Notes: generated by a model not told the origin, from the sequence alone. Counted from the first letter of the stretch, positions 21,804 through 32,250 are shown. The stretch is DNA of 64,000 nucleotides from Puniceicoccaceae bacterium (GCA_040830765.1 JBFOMH010000012.1:31370-95369), one strand, 5' to 3'. Numbers and translations: made by a program.

Positions 21804-22778
21804 TCACCCGGCTTTCTTTTGCCACACCCGGACGTATTCGATTTCAAACTCGACCATTCCGTCGCCTTTGGTGGCCTCGTCTTCATTCAACTCCAGGTCC
21901 TCCGCGCTGGTAGGAATGCCATGCCAGGGGAAGATTTCCATATCGAGCCATATCCGGATGGGAACCGTGGCCACATAGCCGTTGTAGTTCTTGCCCACGT
22001 CGCGGTTCTCGCGCGCCCATGCAGTTGCTTCCTCGGCCGTCACGCTGGAGAACAACTTCCCATCGACATAGTATTTAATTCCCTTTGCGTCCCATTCGAC
22101 TCCATAGACATGGAAGTCATCGGCGACCCGGAAACCAAGATCCTTGCGCTCCGTGTAAGCCGGCTTCCCGTTCAACTTGTCCCAGTCCCGGATCGACCAC
22201 CAGAGCTGGCTGTCGAGGTGGGACTTCTGGCGACCGTCCCCGTACTGCTCGAAGAAATCGAATTCGAATTTTTCGCCCATCGACCAGAATCCGCTGGTGA
22301 CCTGGGCATCGGCGGCCTTGCTCTTGATCTCAATGTATCCATAGAGGAACGGTTTGCGCGACCGGATGCAGGCCGTGGTGATATTTTCATACGGCAGGGG
22401 GTCGCCGAAGACCGGTTTACGTATCTCATCACTGAAGGGAAAGTCGGGTTCCCACTTTGTCTGCAGCTTCAGCTTTCCATCATCCAGGCGATAGTTCCTT
22501 CCGGAGAATTGGGAAGGTGCCCTGCCCTTCCAAACCCACTTCCTGGGGAAATCCGGATCCACGTAGCGTGGCTTCCCTTTCTTGAACTTGCCGACAATGA
22601 ACCAGCGATCCTCGTCGAGGGTTTCGTCTTCAAATTCATCGCTAACGACATCGTCATAGAACCAACCACCAGTATTCTCTGGATCCGAGAGGGGAAGTAC
22701 GTTGGGGACTTCTGCAATTACCGAAGTAGCCAGCGTAAGGAGACAGATTCCCAAGGAAACTGTGAGAAGATTTTTCAT
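21804..22778 (-). CDS. GH16 glycoside hydrolase (red-algal galactanase-like)
   Basis: Signal peptide; PLSDPENTGGW, SDEFE, WKGRAPSQF, FLYGYIE, EFDFFE, EYVRVWQK. Confidence 0.88.
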   Translation of the reverse strand: MKNLLTVSLGICLLTLATSVIAEVPNVLPLSDPENTGGWFYDDVVSDEFEDETLDEDRWFIVGKFKKGKPRYVDPDFPRKWVWKGRAPSQFSGRNYRLDDGKLKLQTKWEPDFPFSDEIRKPVFGDPLPYENITTACIRSRKPFLYGYIEIKSKAADAQVTSGFWSMGEKFEFDFFEQYGDGRQKSHLDSQLWWSIRDWDKLNGKPAYTERKDLGFRVADDFHVYGVEWDAKGIKYYVDGKLFSSVTAEEATAWARENRDVGKNYNGYVATVPIRIWLDMEIFPWHGIPTSAEDLELNEDEATKGDGMVEFEIEYVRVWQKKAG

Positions 22779-22805
22779 GATATAGCTCTTTCTGGCTAAA
22801 CTTGC

Positions 22806-24227
22806 CTATTTCTTGACGATGCGAATATCGTCGATGTAGAGGCAGCCTTTACCTTCCGGCACACTGGTCTTGCCAAAGCGAAAACGCAGGCGATCATATG
22901 GACCCGATGCCGAGGTGCGCTCAAAGGTTTGCTTAAGGGTGACCCACTTTCCTTTTTCAACCCCGGTAAGGTCGATGCGCTCGAGCTTCAAGCCGGGATC
23001 GGCCAGGCTGACATCAAAGTACTCGAGGCTGCAGTTCTCCTCGAGGTAGACTTGAAGGGAGAATTCGAAGGTCCCGCAAGGGATGTCAACTGCCTTTGCC
23101 GGGGTCTCGATAGCGAGGTCTCCAATCAGGTTGTCCGGATTGAACTTGAGGCTCTTGCGTCCCTTGGCAGCTATCCCCTTGACAATGGAGAAGTGGGCCA
23201 GTTCGTGCTCCCCGATTCTCCAGAACTTCTGATACTCGTTGTTCTCACTGCTCTCCGGAAGGAGATCGAGAGGAATAGGATACTCGTCGTCAAAGAGGAT
23301 GGGTCCTTCGAAGCCGAAAAATTGCGGGGCGAGGAGATTCTCCTGCGGCTTCTGCCAGACCCGGACATAATCGATTTCATAGTCCACCGGAAGTTCCTCC
23401 GCATGCGGGAGACCCAGCCAGACAAAAATTTCGGAATCAAACCAGATTTCCAGAGGGTTATTGAGCACCCAGCTGATGCCCTCCTTTTCCTGGGTCGTCT
23501 CGTAGACGAGTTTTCCATCCAGATAGACCTTGAGGTAGTCCTCACCCCACTCGCAGCCATAGACATGGAATTCATCCGCGACCCGGAAGGGCAGCTTGTC
23601 CTTGTAGCCGAAGCGACGGGTCGGTCGCTTGGCCGGCGGGGACCAGTCGTGGATGGACAACTTCCAGGTGTCTTCATGGATGTCGCCTTGGATCTTCGGG
23701 TTCCCCATCTGCTCGTAGATGTCCAACTCGGACTCGTAACCGATGGCCCAGAAGGAACTGGTCATGGCGGCATCGCCCGCCTTTGTCCGGACTTCCATGT
23801 AACCGTAAAGGAAACGGCGTTTGGTGATGACGCCTGCGGTTGTTACTGGCATCGGCTTGCCTTCCCAGACACCATAGGTGTCGTTGCGCGTACCATCGGC
23901 ATACGATTCACTGGCGAAGGGATAGTCGGGCTCCCATTGCGTCCGCAACTTGAGCATGCCATCTTCGACGATGACATTGTGGGGAACAAACTGGGACGGC
24001 GGTCGGCCCTTCCAGATGTAGTACTCATTATTGTCACCCTGAACAAACCACTTGGAGCGATCGATTTCGGTGCCGTTGAACTCGTCACTGACGGACTCGT
24101 TAAGGATCCAGCCACCTGTATTTTCAGGGTCGGAAAGCGGAAGCGGTCCAGCCTGTAAGGCGCTGGATAGTGAGGCCAGAAGGATCCCGGGCAAAAGTAA
24201 CCGGAGGTGATTTGAGAGAGATTGCAT
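22806..24227 (-). CDS. GH16 glycoside hydrolase with C-terminal CBM-like domain
   Basis: PLSDPENTGGW, WKGRPPSQF, ELDIYE, DYVRVWQK; C-terminal jelly-roll-like module ending LYIDDIRI. Confidence 0.88.
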   Translation of the reverse strand: MQSLSNHLRLLLPGILLASLSSALQAGPLPLSDPENTGGWILNESVSDEFNGTEIDRSKWFVQGDNNEYYIWKGRPPSQFVPHNVIVEDGMLKLRTQWEPDYPFASESYADGTRNDTYGVWEGKPMPVTTAGVITKRRFLYGYMEVRTKAGDAAMTSSFWAIGYESELDIYEQMGNPKIQGDIHEDTWKLSIHDWSPPAKRPTRRFGYKDKLPFRVADEFHVYGCEWGEDYLKVYLDGKLVYETTQEKEGISWVLNNPLEIWFDSEIFVWLGLPHAEELPVDYEIDYVRVWQKPQENLLAPQFFGFEGPILFDDEYPIPLDLLPESSENNEYQKFWRIGEHELAHFSIVKGIAAKGRKSLKFNPDNLIGDLAIETPAKAVDIPCGTFEFSLQVYLEENCSLEYFDVSLADPGLKLERIDLTGVEKGKWVTLKQTFERTSASGPYDRLRFRFGKTSVPEGKGCLYIDDIRIVKK

Positions 24228-24260
24228 TATTATATTAGGTTTCGAATTAAAGGTAGGGAC

Positions 24261-26249
24261 TTATTTATCTCCATGGTTCCAGAGAACCGGAAGAAAGACT
24301 GTCATCTCGGCTGCTCCCCGATTGCTCCAGGCATAGTAGGGAATGAATTGTGCGGTGTATCCGTTGAATTCAGGCCTCTTGACCGGGTTGTACATGCCGT
24401 CGCCATGGTCCTTGCGCAAGAGGACCTTCCCGTGGATGGTAGCCAGACCACCAAGAAAATGTGGCTGATGTTTCAGGGTGAGTTCGGACTCCCCTGGAAG
24501 ATAGACATCGACAATGCCCGCTTCATCCGGGAGGTCCGGCGATTCGATGCAATAGACCACCGGACCCCGCTTGATAGCGACCTGGTTGCGCACTTCCTCG
24601 ATCCGGGTATGGCCCTCGATTAGCTTGATATCCATTGGCAGGACGAGTTCGATCAGATCGCCCGCCCTCCAATTGCGCTTCAATTGGGCGAATGTCCCGG
24701 GGACCAAATCAACTCCGGCATCTTCGCCGTTTATGGCAAGCGTACAGTCCGTCGCCCAGTCCGGAATCCGGAGAAGGATTTCAAACGGGTCCTCCTTGCA
24801 GGCATCGATGGTAATTCGAATGGTGCCGTCCCAAGGATAGTCGGTCTCCTGCGTTAATTGAAGTTCAGAACCATCGGCAAGGGCGGTGGAAAGCTGGTTC
24901 CCTCCGTAAAGATTCACCGAGACTCCATTCTCTGTCAGGCTGTAGGCCCAGGAAGAGGACTTGGCAACAGTGCGAACCAGGTTGGGCGGACAGCAGAAAC
25001 AGTACAGGTAAGGCAAGCGGTCCGGCGACTCCGTGTTCATGGTTGAGTAGTCCCGCGCTCCATCAATCTTCCGTAATGGATTGGCGTAATAATACTTCGT
25101 CCCGCAGGCACTGATTCCGGAAAGACCGCTGTTGTGGAGGACTAATTCCATGATATCCGCATACTTGGACTCACCCTTGATTCCGAGCATGCGGTAACTA
25201 AACATGGCATTGCAGATATTGGCGCAGGTCTCGTTATAGGCGGTCATGTTGGGCATCATGTACTCGTCGATGAAGCCTTCCTCGATCATGTCCCGCCGCG
25301 AAGAAGCACCATAATGAGTCTGCCCAAGGGCCCCGGTGGCATACATCTTTTTCCGGGTGACATTTTCCCAGAGCCGGTCGAGGGCATCAATGAGAGCTTG
25401 CTCGCCTGTTTCCGCGTAAACATCAGCAGCCCCGGCATAGTAATAGAGGGCCAGCACAGCATGACCGACGGCCTCGGTTTCCTCACGCAGGGGTATGCGC
25501 TCCTGAACCATATCTCCGATTGGATAGCCCTCCGTGGAGGCGTCATGAACCATCTCGGATTGGCCACGGTTGTTGATGAAAATTTCAGCCAGCTGGAGGT
25601 AGCGCTTGTCCTTGACGGTCCGATACAGCTCTACAAGGCCCATGATCTGGGTCTGGTTAAATCCGAACCGCATCAACTCAGGGGGACACGGCATAAAGCG
25701 CTCGCAAAGCAGGTCCGCGTTCTTGATCGCGATGTCGAGGAAGTTCCGCTTCCCCGTCATCCGGTGATGAATACAGGCTGCCGTGTACAGATGGCCGCAG
25801 TTGTACATCTCGTGGTACTTCCGGTTCGAGAAGTGACCAATGTCATTTATCTGAATATAGGCATGGAGGTAACCATCTTGCTCCTGGGCCTGGCCGATAA
25901 TGCCGATGACCTCGTCCAAGTCCGTGGCGAGCGACTCATCCCTATTCAGGGCATAAACGTAGCTGGCGGCCTCGATCCACTTGTAGAAATCACCGTCATG
26001 CCAGAATTCGCCCTGGTGCTCACCCTCTTTCAGTCCGGCGGCAATTTTTAAGTTGTTCAAGGCATGACCGGTATCCCCTTTAAGCAAGTCACCCATGTAG
26101 GGAACCATGACCTCCTCGCAGAGCTTGGTCTTGTCGGCCCAAAAGCCCTTGATCCATCGGCAGTCGCCGTGGTTGATGCCCTTCAACCGGACGTGCGGGC
26201 TGGAGGAGTTGTCGATGATGGCTCGGGAACTGGGTACGGTTGAATCCAT
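24261..26249 (-). CDS. GH127 glycoside hydrolase (candidate 3,6-anhydro-D-galactosidase)
   Basis: HEMYNCGHL, GHAV, YNETCA, CFCCPPN, RGPVVYC, IPYYAWSNRG family motifs. Confidence 0.9.
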   Translation of the reverse strand: MDSTVPSSRAIIDNSSSPHVRLKGINHGDCRWIKGFWADKTKLCEEVMVPYMGDLLKGDTGHALNNLKIAAGLKEGEHQGEFWHDGDFYKWIEAASYVYALNRDESLATDLDEVIGIIGQAQEQDGYLHAYIQINDIGHFSNRKYHEMYNCGHLYTAACIHHRMTGKRNFLDIAIKNADLLCERFMPCPPELMRFGFNQTQIMGLVELYRTVKDKRYLQLAEIFINNRGQSEMVHDASTEGYPIGDMVQERIPLREETEAVGHAVLALYYYAGAADVYAETGEQALIDALDRLWENVTRKKMYATGALGQTHYGASSRRDMIEEGFIDEYMMPNMTAYNETCANICNAMFSYRMLGIKGESKYADIMELVLHNSGLSGISACGTKYYYANPLRKIDGARDYSTMNTESPDRLPYLYCFCCPPNLVRTVAKSSSWAYSLTENGVSVNLYGGNQLSTALADGSELQLTQETDYPWDGTIRITIDACKEDPFEILLRIPDWATDCTLAINGEDAGVDLVPGTFAQLKRNWRAGDLIELVLPMDIKLIEGHTRIEEVRNQVAIKRGPVVYCIESPDLPDEAGIVDVYLPGESELTLKHQPHFLGGLATIHGKVLLRKDHGDGMYNPVKRPEFNGYTAQFIPYYAWSNRGAAEMTVFLPVLWNHGDK

Positions 26250-26264
26250 GATCAGAAAGAGTTG

Positions 26265-27833
26265 TTACTTCTTCGCCATTGCTTCCTGAATCTCCTCGAT
26301 ACTCATGTTCTTGGTCTCGATGAGTGTGAAGAACAGGATAGTCATCCCCACGGCCACGGTAACCGCATAAAAGAGGAGGATGGTGCTCATGCCCATATTC
26401 TCCAATTGCCAGGGGAAAAACTTCTGTACAACGTAATTGGTCAGGCTGGTGACGATAGTGAAAAACGGGATAGCGATCCCGCGGACGGAAATGGGAAAGA
26501 GTTCCGAGAACAGCACCCACATCACCGGACCAACGGAAAACTGGAAGGCGGCAATGAAACTGAGGATGCCAATGAGAACCAGGGTAGCATTCATCGTAAC
26601 CGCATTCTCGAGCAGGATACTTTGGTACTTCTGGGCCTCGGTTGTCCCGAGTGCTTCGTCCAATGCCCGCTTGAAAGCGATATCACTGTCGTACTGCACA
26701 CCGATCATCGGTGCCAGGCGGGACGCGTCCGGGATTTCCTCCAGATTGGCAATGGATTCCGGCGTGAGAGTATAGGTGGCCTGGTGAAAGTTATAGGAAG
26801 AAACCCCGAGGCTGATGATGACCCAGAGCATTCCACCAATGACCATGGGCCGGCGCCCAATCTTGTCGATGAGCAGCAATCCCAAGGTAGTGAAAACCAC
26901 ACTGATCAGGCCCACCCAGATTGCCTGGGAAAAAGCGGCATCGGTACCGATTCCCAGTTGCTTGAAGACCGTCTGGGCATAAAAGAGGATGGCATTGATC
27001 CCGGTGGCTTGCTGGGCAATGGCAATCGTCAGGGCGATGATGAACGTAAGGCGCATCGAATTTCCAAATAGCTCCTTCAACTGGGCCTTGATCGTCCCCT
27101 CATCCGCGCTCCGGAGAAGGCTTTCCTTCATTTCCACGATATGATGCTCAACCGCGGCCTCATCTGGCAGCAGCTTGCGTAATGTCCGTTTGGAATCCTC
27201 CACCCTTTCTCGCAGAAACAGCCAGGAGGGGCTTTCCGGAATAATCAGGACCAGAAGAAACCAAATGATCGCCACCGGAATTTCCGAGCCCAGCATCCAG
27301 CGCCAAATGTAGGTGTCGATACCCAAGGCCTGCACCCATCCGGCACCAGAACCCGCCCATTGGTAGATCCAGAGGTTGACGAAGTAAGCCCCGGACAAGC
27401 CGACCACAATATTGAACTGGGTCATGAAGACCAGCTTCCCGCGCCACTTCGGTGGAGCGATTTCTCCAATGTACATGGAGGCCAGGGAAATCGAGCTAAA
27501 GGCCAGGCCACCAAGAAACCGGGCCACCACCAGCACTTCGTAACTGGGAGCATAGGCGGATGCCACGGCCGAGATGAGATAGAGGGCAGCAACTGTCAGG
27601 ATGGCCTTCTTGCGGCCAAAGCGATCACAGATGTAGCCGGCAAAGGGCAATGCTATCAGCACCCCGAGAGCGGGCGCGCTGACCACCGTCCCCAGTTGGA
27701 TGGAGGTGAGGCCAAACTCCTCAACAAGATAGTCGGTCGTGCCGGCAATGAGGGCGGCATCGAGCCCGAAGAGGAATCCGCCCATGGCGACGATGGCGGC
27801 GTAAATAAAGGCATTCAGGTTTTGGGATTTCAT
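26265..27833 (-). CDS. MFS sugar porter
   Basis: GGFLFGLD, DRFGRK, YIGEIAPPKWRG, PESP, QQATGIN, SELFP, ETK motifs. Confidence 0.93.
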   Translation of the reverse strand: MKSQNLNAFIYAAIVAMGGFLFGLDAALIAGTTDYLVEEFGLTSIQLGTVVSAPALGVLIALPFAGYICDRFGRKKAILTVAALYLISAVASAYAPSYEVLVVARFLGGLAFSSISLASMYIGEIAPPKWRGKLVFMTQFNIVVGLSGAYFVNLWIYQWAGSGAGWVQALGIDTYIWRWMLGSEIPVAIIWFLLVLIIPESPSWLFLRERVEDSKRTLRKLLPDEAAVEHHIVEMKESLLRSADEGTIKAQLKELFGNSMRLTFIIALTIAIAQQATGINAILFYAQTVFKQLGIGTDAAFSQAIWVGLISVVFTTLGLLLIDKIGRRPMVIGGMLWVIISLGVSSYNFHQATYTLTPESIANLEEIPDASRLAPMIGVQYDSDIAFKRALDEALGTTEAQKYQSILLENAVTMNATLVLIGILSFIAAFQFSVGPVMWVLFSELFPISVRGIAIPFFTIVTSLTNYVVQKFFPWQLENMGMSTILLFYAVTVAVGMTILFFTLIETKNMSIEEIQEAMAKK

Positions 27834-27913
27834 AGGAGTAGTAAGATGTACGGGGTCTTTGGATTCATAGGTTAACAGGCTAAATCGTTCAATCAGCAAA
27901 GCAGACCCGCCTA

Positions 27914-30466
27914 TCAGGGCCAAACGAAGGTCGTGTCGTAGTGTGGCATCCCGCGGTTGTCCCATTCGGTCTCGGCAGAGGTACTGTCAAACCAGAGTGG
28001 ACGGATGTGGTCTCCTGCCCAGACAGCGCCTTCCCCGACCATGCTACTAAGGATTTCCGGGTAAGTGCCGCTCAGATCGGTCCCTTCATACCCGGGCACA
28101 GAAACATCATAGAGTCCCCATGAACCCGTTGATCGGTGCAGGGTGGCCTTCCATTGGTCCTGACGTATGCCAACGTCCGTAAAGCCGGTGGAACCAAAGC
28201 CCACATTGTAGCGCACTGCGTAAATGGGCTCTCCAGGCCGTGGACTGCGGTCAGCAATCAGGCTGTACCAGATGTCCTTGCCGTCCAGCTCCTTGCCCTC
28301 GGGAATACTTGCGCCAGCCAGACGGGCAAAGGTCGGATAGAAGTCCAAGGCGGTTACCGGATGCACATAATCATCACCGGAAGTGATGACCCCCGGCCAG
28401 TGCATAATCATTGGAACACGGAAACCGCCCTCCCAGGTATCCCCCTTGCGTCCACGTAGAGGAGCATTCCTCCCCTGCCCTGCTGTGTCCGTACGGCCCC
28501 CGTTATCGCTCAGGAAGACAATCAAGGTGTTGTCATACTGGCCGGTCGCCTTGAGGGCGTCGACCACCTGGCCGATCCCGCGGTCCATGGAATAGACCAT
28601 GGCGGAGTAGACCTGCCGGGATGTGTAAGAATCACTGGGCCCAAAGAGGGCGGCCAAGTCAGCGTTCTTCGCCTGCAGTGGTGTGTGGGGTGCATTGTAG
28701 GATAGGAACAGGAAAAAAGGATCCGCATCAGCTGCCGCATCCGTGACAAAATCCACCGCCTTCAAGCTGAGCCAGTCCGTCAGGTAGAAATCACTTCCCG
28801 GATAGTCCGGATCATTCTCCACAATGACCTCAGACCCGTTTTCCATTAGATCGGTCCGGTAATCGTTTCTTCCCGGAGCCACCGGATCATAGGGCGGGAA
28901 GTAGTTTTTACCACCCCCGAGGAAGCCATAGAAGTAATCAAATCCCCGGTTATTGGGATGGGAATCGGCCGTATGCCCGAGGTGCCACTTCCCGATGATG
29001 CCGGTGTGATATCCAACCTCCTGTAGCAGCGTGCTGAAGAGGGTTTCACTGGTTGGGATGCCCTGGTCAGAATAAGCACCATTGCCACCGTTGTAGTTGG
29101 GCAGGTTGTAAGGCCCACCGAATTCATGCGGATAGCGCCCAGCCATCAAGCCCATGCGGCTGGGACCACAGAATGGGTGGACAACATAGGCGGAACTGAA
29201 AACAACGCCCTGGGAAGCAAGTGAATCCAGTTTTGGTGTCTGGATGTCCGCTTCCGGGGTCGGCGTGAATCCGACATCCGAATAGCCAAGGTCATCCGCG
29301 AGAATCAAAAGGATATTGGGCCGCCGTGCTGGGTCCTCAATTCTTGTCCGGCAAAAGATCCGGTTGTCTGGACCCAAGGCAACGGTCCGATTCACCTCGT
29401 CGTAATCCGGATGGGTTGACGTATCTGAAGTTTCCGTATCCCAGCTGGAATTCCATTCCGCTGCAGCCGGATCGTCGCTCCATTCAGCATGAATTCTCAA
29501 CCCAGGAATGTCACTATTTGGCTCAACAGTGCTAAAGCGTACATCGCCAGCGGATTTCTGGGTCACAATTGGTGGATTACCCCGGTCGGCTGGGTCCTTG
29601 GGATTGCCACCATCAACAAATTCCAGCGCATCCTCGCGCCCGTCCCCATCGGCATCATCGGAAGGATTCCCGCTAAGTCCGTTATCCCGGACAAACGTCA
29701 CCCATGCCGGTTGCTCCACCGGCTTTGGCGGAGGTGGATCAATATTCCCGGAGGTGGTTACTTCAAAGTAGTCAAGGGCAATGCCGCCGACTCCGGTCGT
29801 GTTGCCCTCGAAGTAAAAGCCAACCGCTTTCACATCAGCGAAGCTGGAGACAGTAGTAGCCGTTGAGCCAATGTTTGAGGTTCCATCTGACTGTGGAGTA
29901 AATTCATACCATGTAGCAACCGTGGCATCTGGGATCGTATCAATGTCTGAGAATCCAGTTCCCACGGAAAAGGGTCCACTGATGTACCAGGAATCATCGC
30001 TGGCCTGAAAGATGAAGCGAATGGATCCGTCTGTGGTGCTGAAGCGGTAAGGCTCGATGGCAAAGGAACTCAGGACATTGTCTTCATTGGCAAGGAACTG
30101 GGGGCTTTCCCAAACACCAATGGCCTTGAACAGGTGCGCTGTCTCGGAACGCAGTTGCAACTGATCGCGGCCTGAGCCCGCATCGAGGATTCGTGAGCGG
30201 GTGGTTGATTCACTGGTAGCGGCATTAAAGTTCGGGGTCGCGCCAGTGGTGTCAGGATAATAACTGGCTGTACCCGCAATGGGATTGACGATACTGCCTG
30301 ACAGGTAAGAGTCCCCGACTGAGAAAAGGCTGTTCCCGGAGGCCAGGGCCGTACCGCCTTCAATCCCCCACTTGACTATGGTCCCTGCCGGGCAAAGGCT
30401 GGTGGCAGCCACTGTCAAAAACCAGCATAAGAGGGCCTTGGTTTTCAAGGTGCGGGTACGGATCAT
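27914..30466 (-). CDS. Multimodular sulfatase (unknown N-terminal domain + TSP3-like module + S1 sulfatase)
   Basis: Signal peptide; DDADGDGREDALEFVDGGNP; PNILLILADDLGYSD, CGPSR, GKWHLG. Confidence 0.9.
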   Translation of the reverse strand: MIRTRTLKTKALLCWFLTVAATSLCPAGTIVKWGIEGGTALASGNSLFSVGDSYLSGSIVNPIAGTASYYPDTTGATPNFNAATSESTTRSRILDAGSGRDQLQLRSETAHLFKAIGVWESPQFLANEDNVLSSFAIEPYRFSTTDGSIRFIFQASDDSWYISGPFSVGTGFSDIDTIPDATVATWYEFTPQSDGTSNIGSTATTVSSFADVKAVGFYFEGNTTGVGGIALDYFEVTTSGNIDPPPPKPVEQPAWVTFVRDNGLSGNPSDDADGDGREDALEFVDGGNPKDPADRGNPPIVTQKSAGDVRFSTVEPNSDIPGLRIHAEWSDDPAAAEWNSSWDTETSDTSTHPDYDEVNRTVALGPDNRIFCRTRIEDPARRPNILLILADDLGYSDVGFTPTPEADIQTPKLDSLASQGVVFSSAYVVHPFCGPSRMGLMAGRYPHEFGGPYNLPNYNGGNGAYSDQGIPTSETLFSTLLQEVGYHTGIIGKWHLGHTADSHPNNRGFDYFYGFLGGGKNYFPPYDPVAPGRNDYRTDLMENGSEVIVENDPDYPGSDFYLTDWLSLKAVDFVTDAAADADPFFLFLSYNAPHTPLQAKNADLAALFGPSDSYTSRQVYSAMVYSMDRGIGQVVDALKATGQYDNTLIVFLSDNGGRTDTAGQGRNAPLRGRKGDTWEGGFRVPMIMHWPGVITSGDDYVHPVTALDFYPTFARLAGASIPEGKELDGKDIWYSLIADRSPRPGEPIYAVRYNVGFGSTGFTDVGIRQDQWKATLHRSTGSWGLYDVSVPGYEGTDLSGTYPEILSSMVGEGAVWAGDHIRPLWFDSTSAETEWDNRGMPHYDTTFVWP

Positions 30467-30548
30467 GATAAGGTGTGTTAAAGGATTGGGAATTGTTCCA
30501 CAATAAGCTGGAACTCCAATAGCTTACAGGCAAAACAGCCTAACCGTA

Positions 30549-30584
30549 TATGCACATTCTGGCAGAGCTTATGCCACTTCTCGC
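30549..30584 (-). promoter_or_regulatory. Tandem operator half-sites with -10 TAAGCT (30521-30526) upstream of the modular sulfatase
   Basis: TATGCACATTCTGGC (30549) and TATGCCACTTCTCGC (30570), 21-bp period. Confidence 0.65.
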
Positions 30585-30600
30585 CAACTCCTGAAAAGTG

Positions 30601-30957
30601 TCAGGTTTCCTCTGGCAATGGGTAGAAATCCAGTAATAACTCGCCTTGGGGCGCAAGGCGGATCAATTCCACCTTGCGCGAAGCATCTAACTCGCCAACC
30701 GGGTGCTGCACGAACAGGGCCTTAAGGGGAATCACATCGCAGCGGTTGATGGTCCTAACTGCAGTGCCCGTTTCCTCATATAACCGGAGGATTGTCTGCC
30801 CCTTCCAGAACACACCTAATTCCCCGCCAATGATACCGGTCTCCTTATTATACTCCAGGGCACGGTTAATAACCCCGGCCCGGTTAGCAGCCAGTACCGT
30901 GCTAAAAATGAATAAACTGAAGAAATACAATTGGTTTCGATATCTCATGATGATCAC
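30601..30957 (-). CDS. Hypothetical protein (possibly a gene remnant)
   Basis: 118-aa ORF with signal-like N-terminus in an otherwise empty AT-richer gap; no recognisable motif. Confidence 0.35.
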   Translation of the reverse strand: MIIMRYRNQLYFFSLFIFSTVLAANRAGVINRALEYNKETGIIGGELGVFWKGQTILRLYEETGTAVRTINRCDVIPLKALFVQHPVGELDASRKVELIRLAPQGELLLDFYPLPEET

Positions 30958-31053
30958 GACAAGGCCCCGAAGTCTGGCTTAACCAGTGCCCGGACTCCGC
31001 TTTTCCGGATAATCCTTCACAAATCAAGGCTGATTTCCCGAATTGGGAAAACT

Positions 31054-31116
31054 GCCAAAAAGTGAATATGTGCCCCCTAAAAGTGTATATATCTTTTGAC
31101 CTGAATCCTGTACTCT
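31054..31116 (+). promoter_or_regulatory. Tandem operator half-sites plus -10 TACTCT
   Basis: GCCAAAAAGTGAATA (31054) and CCCTAAAAGTGTATA (31075); -10 at 31111. Confidence 0.65.
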
Positions 31117-31164
31117 AAACGGACTGCAAAGTACCTCAATAACCTGATCAAACCCTCAAAATTC

Positions 31165-32043
31165 ATGAACAAATATACAAAACTCACACTCCTTCTCTCG
31201 ATGGTCATGGGAATGGCCACCAGTATGGTATCCGCACAACTCACCTTGGTTACCATCATCGGTGATTCCGTTGGCAATGCCAACTTCGAGGACACCAGTC
31301 TCTCCGCGAGCACTGGAGGCACTCCCTACTCCCAAATTCCTTTCTGGGAAAACATGAACGAGGCATCCGATCCGAATTTTCGGGTCACCCAAGGCATGGC
31401 CGGTCATCCCCTCAACGATGCGGATCTCGGCGGGACTCCAGGGACCAATATCTACGGGGCCTTCCTTTTCAAGGACCGCTTCTCAGGCAATTCGACCGGC
31501 TACACCATGAAGGCTGGTGACATCTTTGGGCTGAAGTTCGACATCTCCCATCATGGTGGTGCAGCAGCATGGGCCGACGGTGGTGATGTAGAAGCTATTA
31601 TGTTCACCACCGATGCAACCGTTGATGCTCTCTACAACATGACCGAGGATCCGAACTTCATGCAACTGGCCAGCTTTACGTACACGATCCTGGAGGAACC
31701 CTTCTGGAACATGGACGTCTCAGCCGGTACGTTCTACATCGCTTCCGAAGCAGATGCCGGCAAGAAGGTTTATGTGGCCTTCACCCTCCGCACGTCAGGT
31801 GCCAATTCCCCCTTCCCGCGCCTTGATAATGTTGTCTGGCAGGTCTTCACAACCGACACCGGTCCCACTGACTGGAACGGCTTCCCGATTGCAGGTGATG
31901 GGGTATCCGTCGACACCGGCAACTTCCTTGGCTGGATTGACATAAGTGCCGATCCCTGGCTCTGGGTCTATGCCACCAACAACTATATCTACACTTCGGA
32001 AGGCTTTAACGAATCCGGCGGCTGGGCCTACTGGCTCAAATAA
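31165..32043 (+). CDS. Secreted protein of unknown function with Trp/Tyr-rich C-terminal domain; paralog of the next gene
   Basis: Signal peptide; ~200-aa domain shared with 32251-32985; tail DTGNFLGWIDISADPWLWVY...GGWAYWLK. Confidence 0.8.
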   Translation: MNKYTKLTLLLSMVMGMATSMVSAQLTLVTIIGDSVGNANFEDTSLSASTGGTPYSQIPFWENMNEASDPNFRVTQGMAGHPLNDADLGGTPGTNIYGAFLFKDRFSGNSTGYTMKAGDIFGLKFDISHHGGAAAWADGGDVEAIMFTTDATVDALYNMTEDPNFMQLASFTYTILEEPFWNMDVSAGTFYIASEADAGKKVYVAFTLRTSGANSPFPRLDNVVWQVFTTDTGPTDWNGFPIAGDGVSVDTGNFLGWIDISADPWLWVYATNNYIYTSEGFNESGGWAYWLK

Positions 32044-32073
32044 GCTGCGAATCCATTTATCATAAGTAGTCGT

Positions 32074-32102
32074 CAATCCCCCGGGCAACCGGGGGATTTT
32101 TT
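32074..32102 (+). terminator. Rho-independent terminator
   Basis: AATCCCCCGG-GCAA-CCGGGGGATT followed by T-run. Confidence 0.9.
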
Positions 32103-32113
32103 GTGCCACGAGT

Positions 32114-32176
32114 CCAAAAATGTGCACATCCAATGACAAAATAGGTATAGCGGAAATCCCCCTATTTCCCTATAAT
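32114..32176 (+). promoter_or_regulatory. Tandem operator half-sites plus -10 TATAAT
   Basis: CCAAAAATGTGCACA (32114) and GACAAAATAGGTATA (32135); TATAAT at 32171. Confidence 0.6.
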
Positions 32177-32250
32177 TTATCCTGTTAGCCACGCCTTCAC
32201 CCCTAAAATAAAATCACACATCCTAAAATACATCAATCAAAGGACCAATC

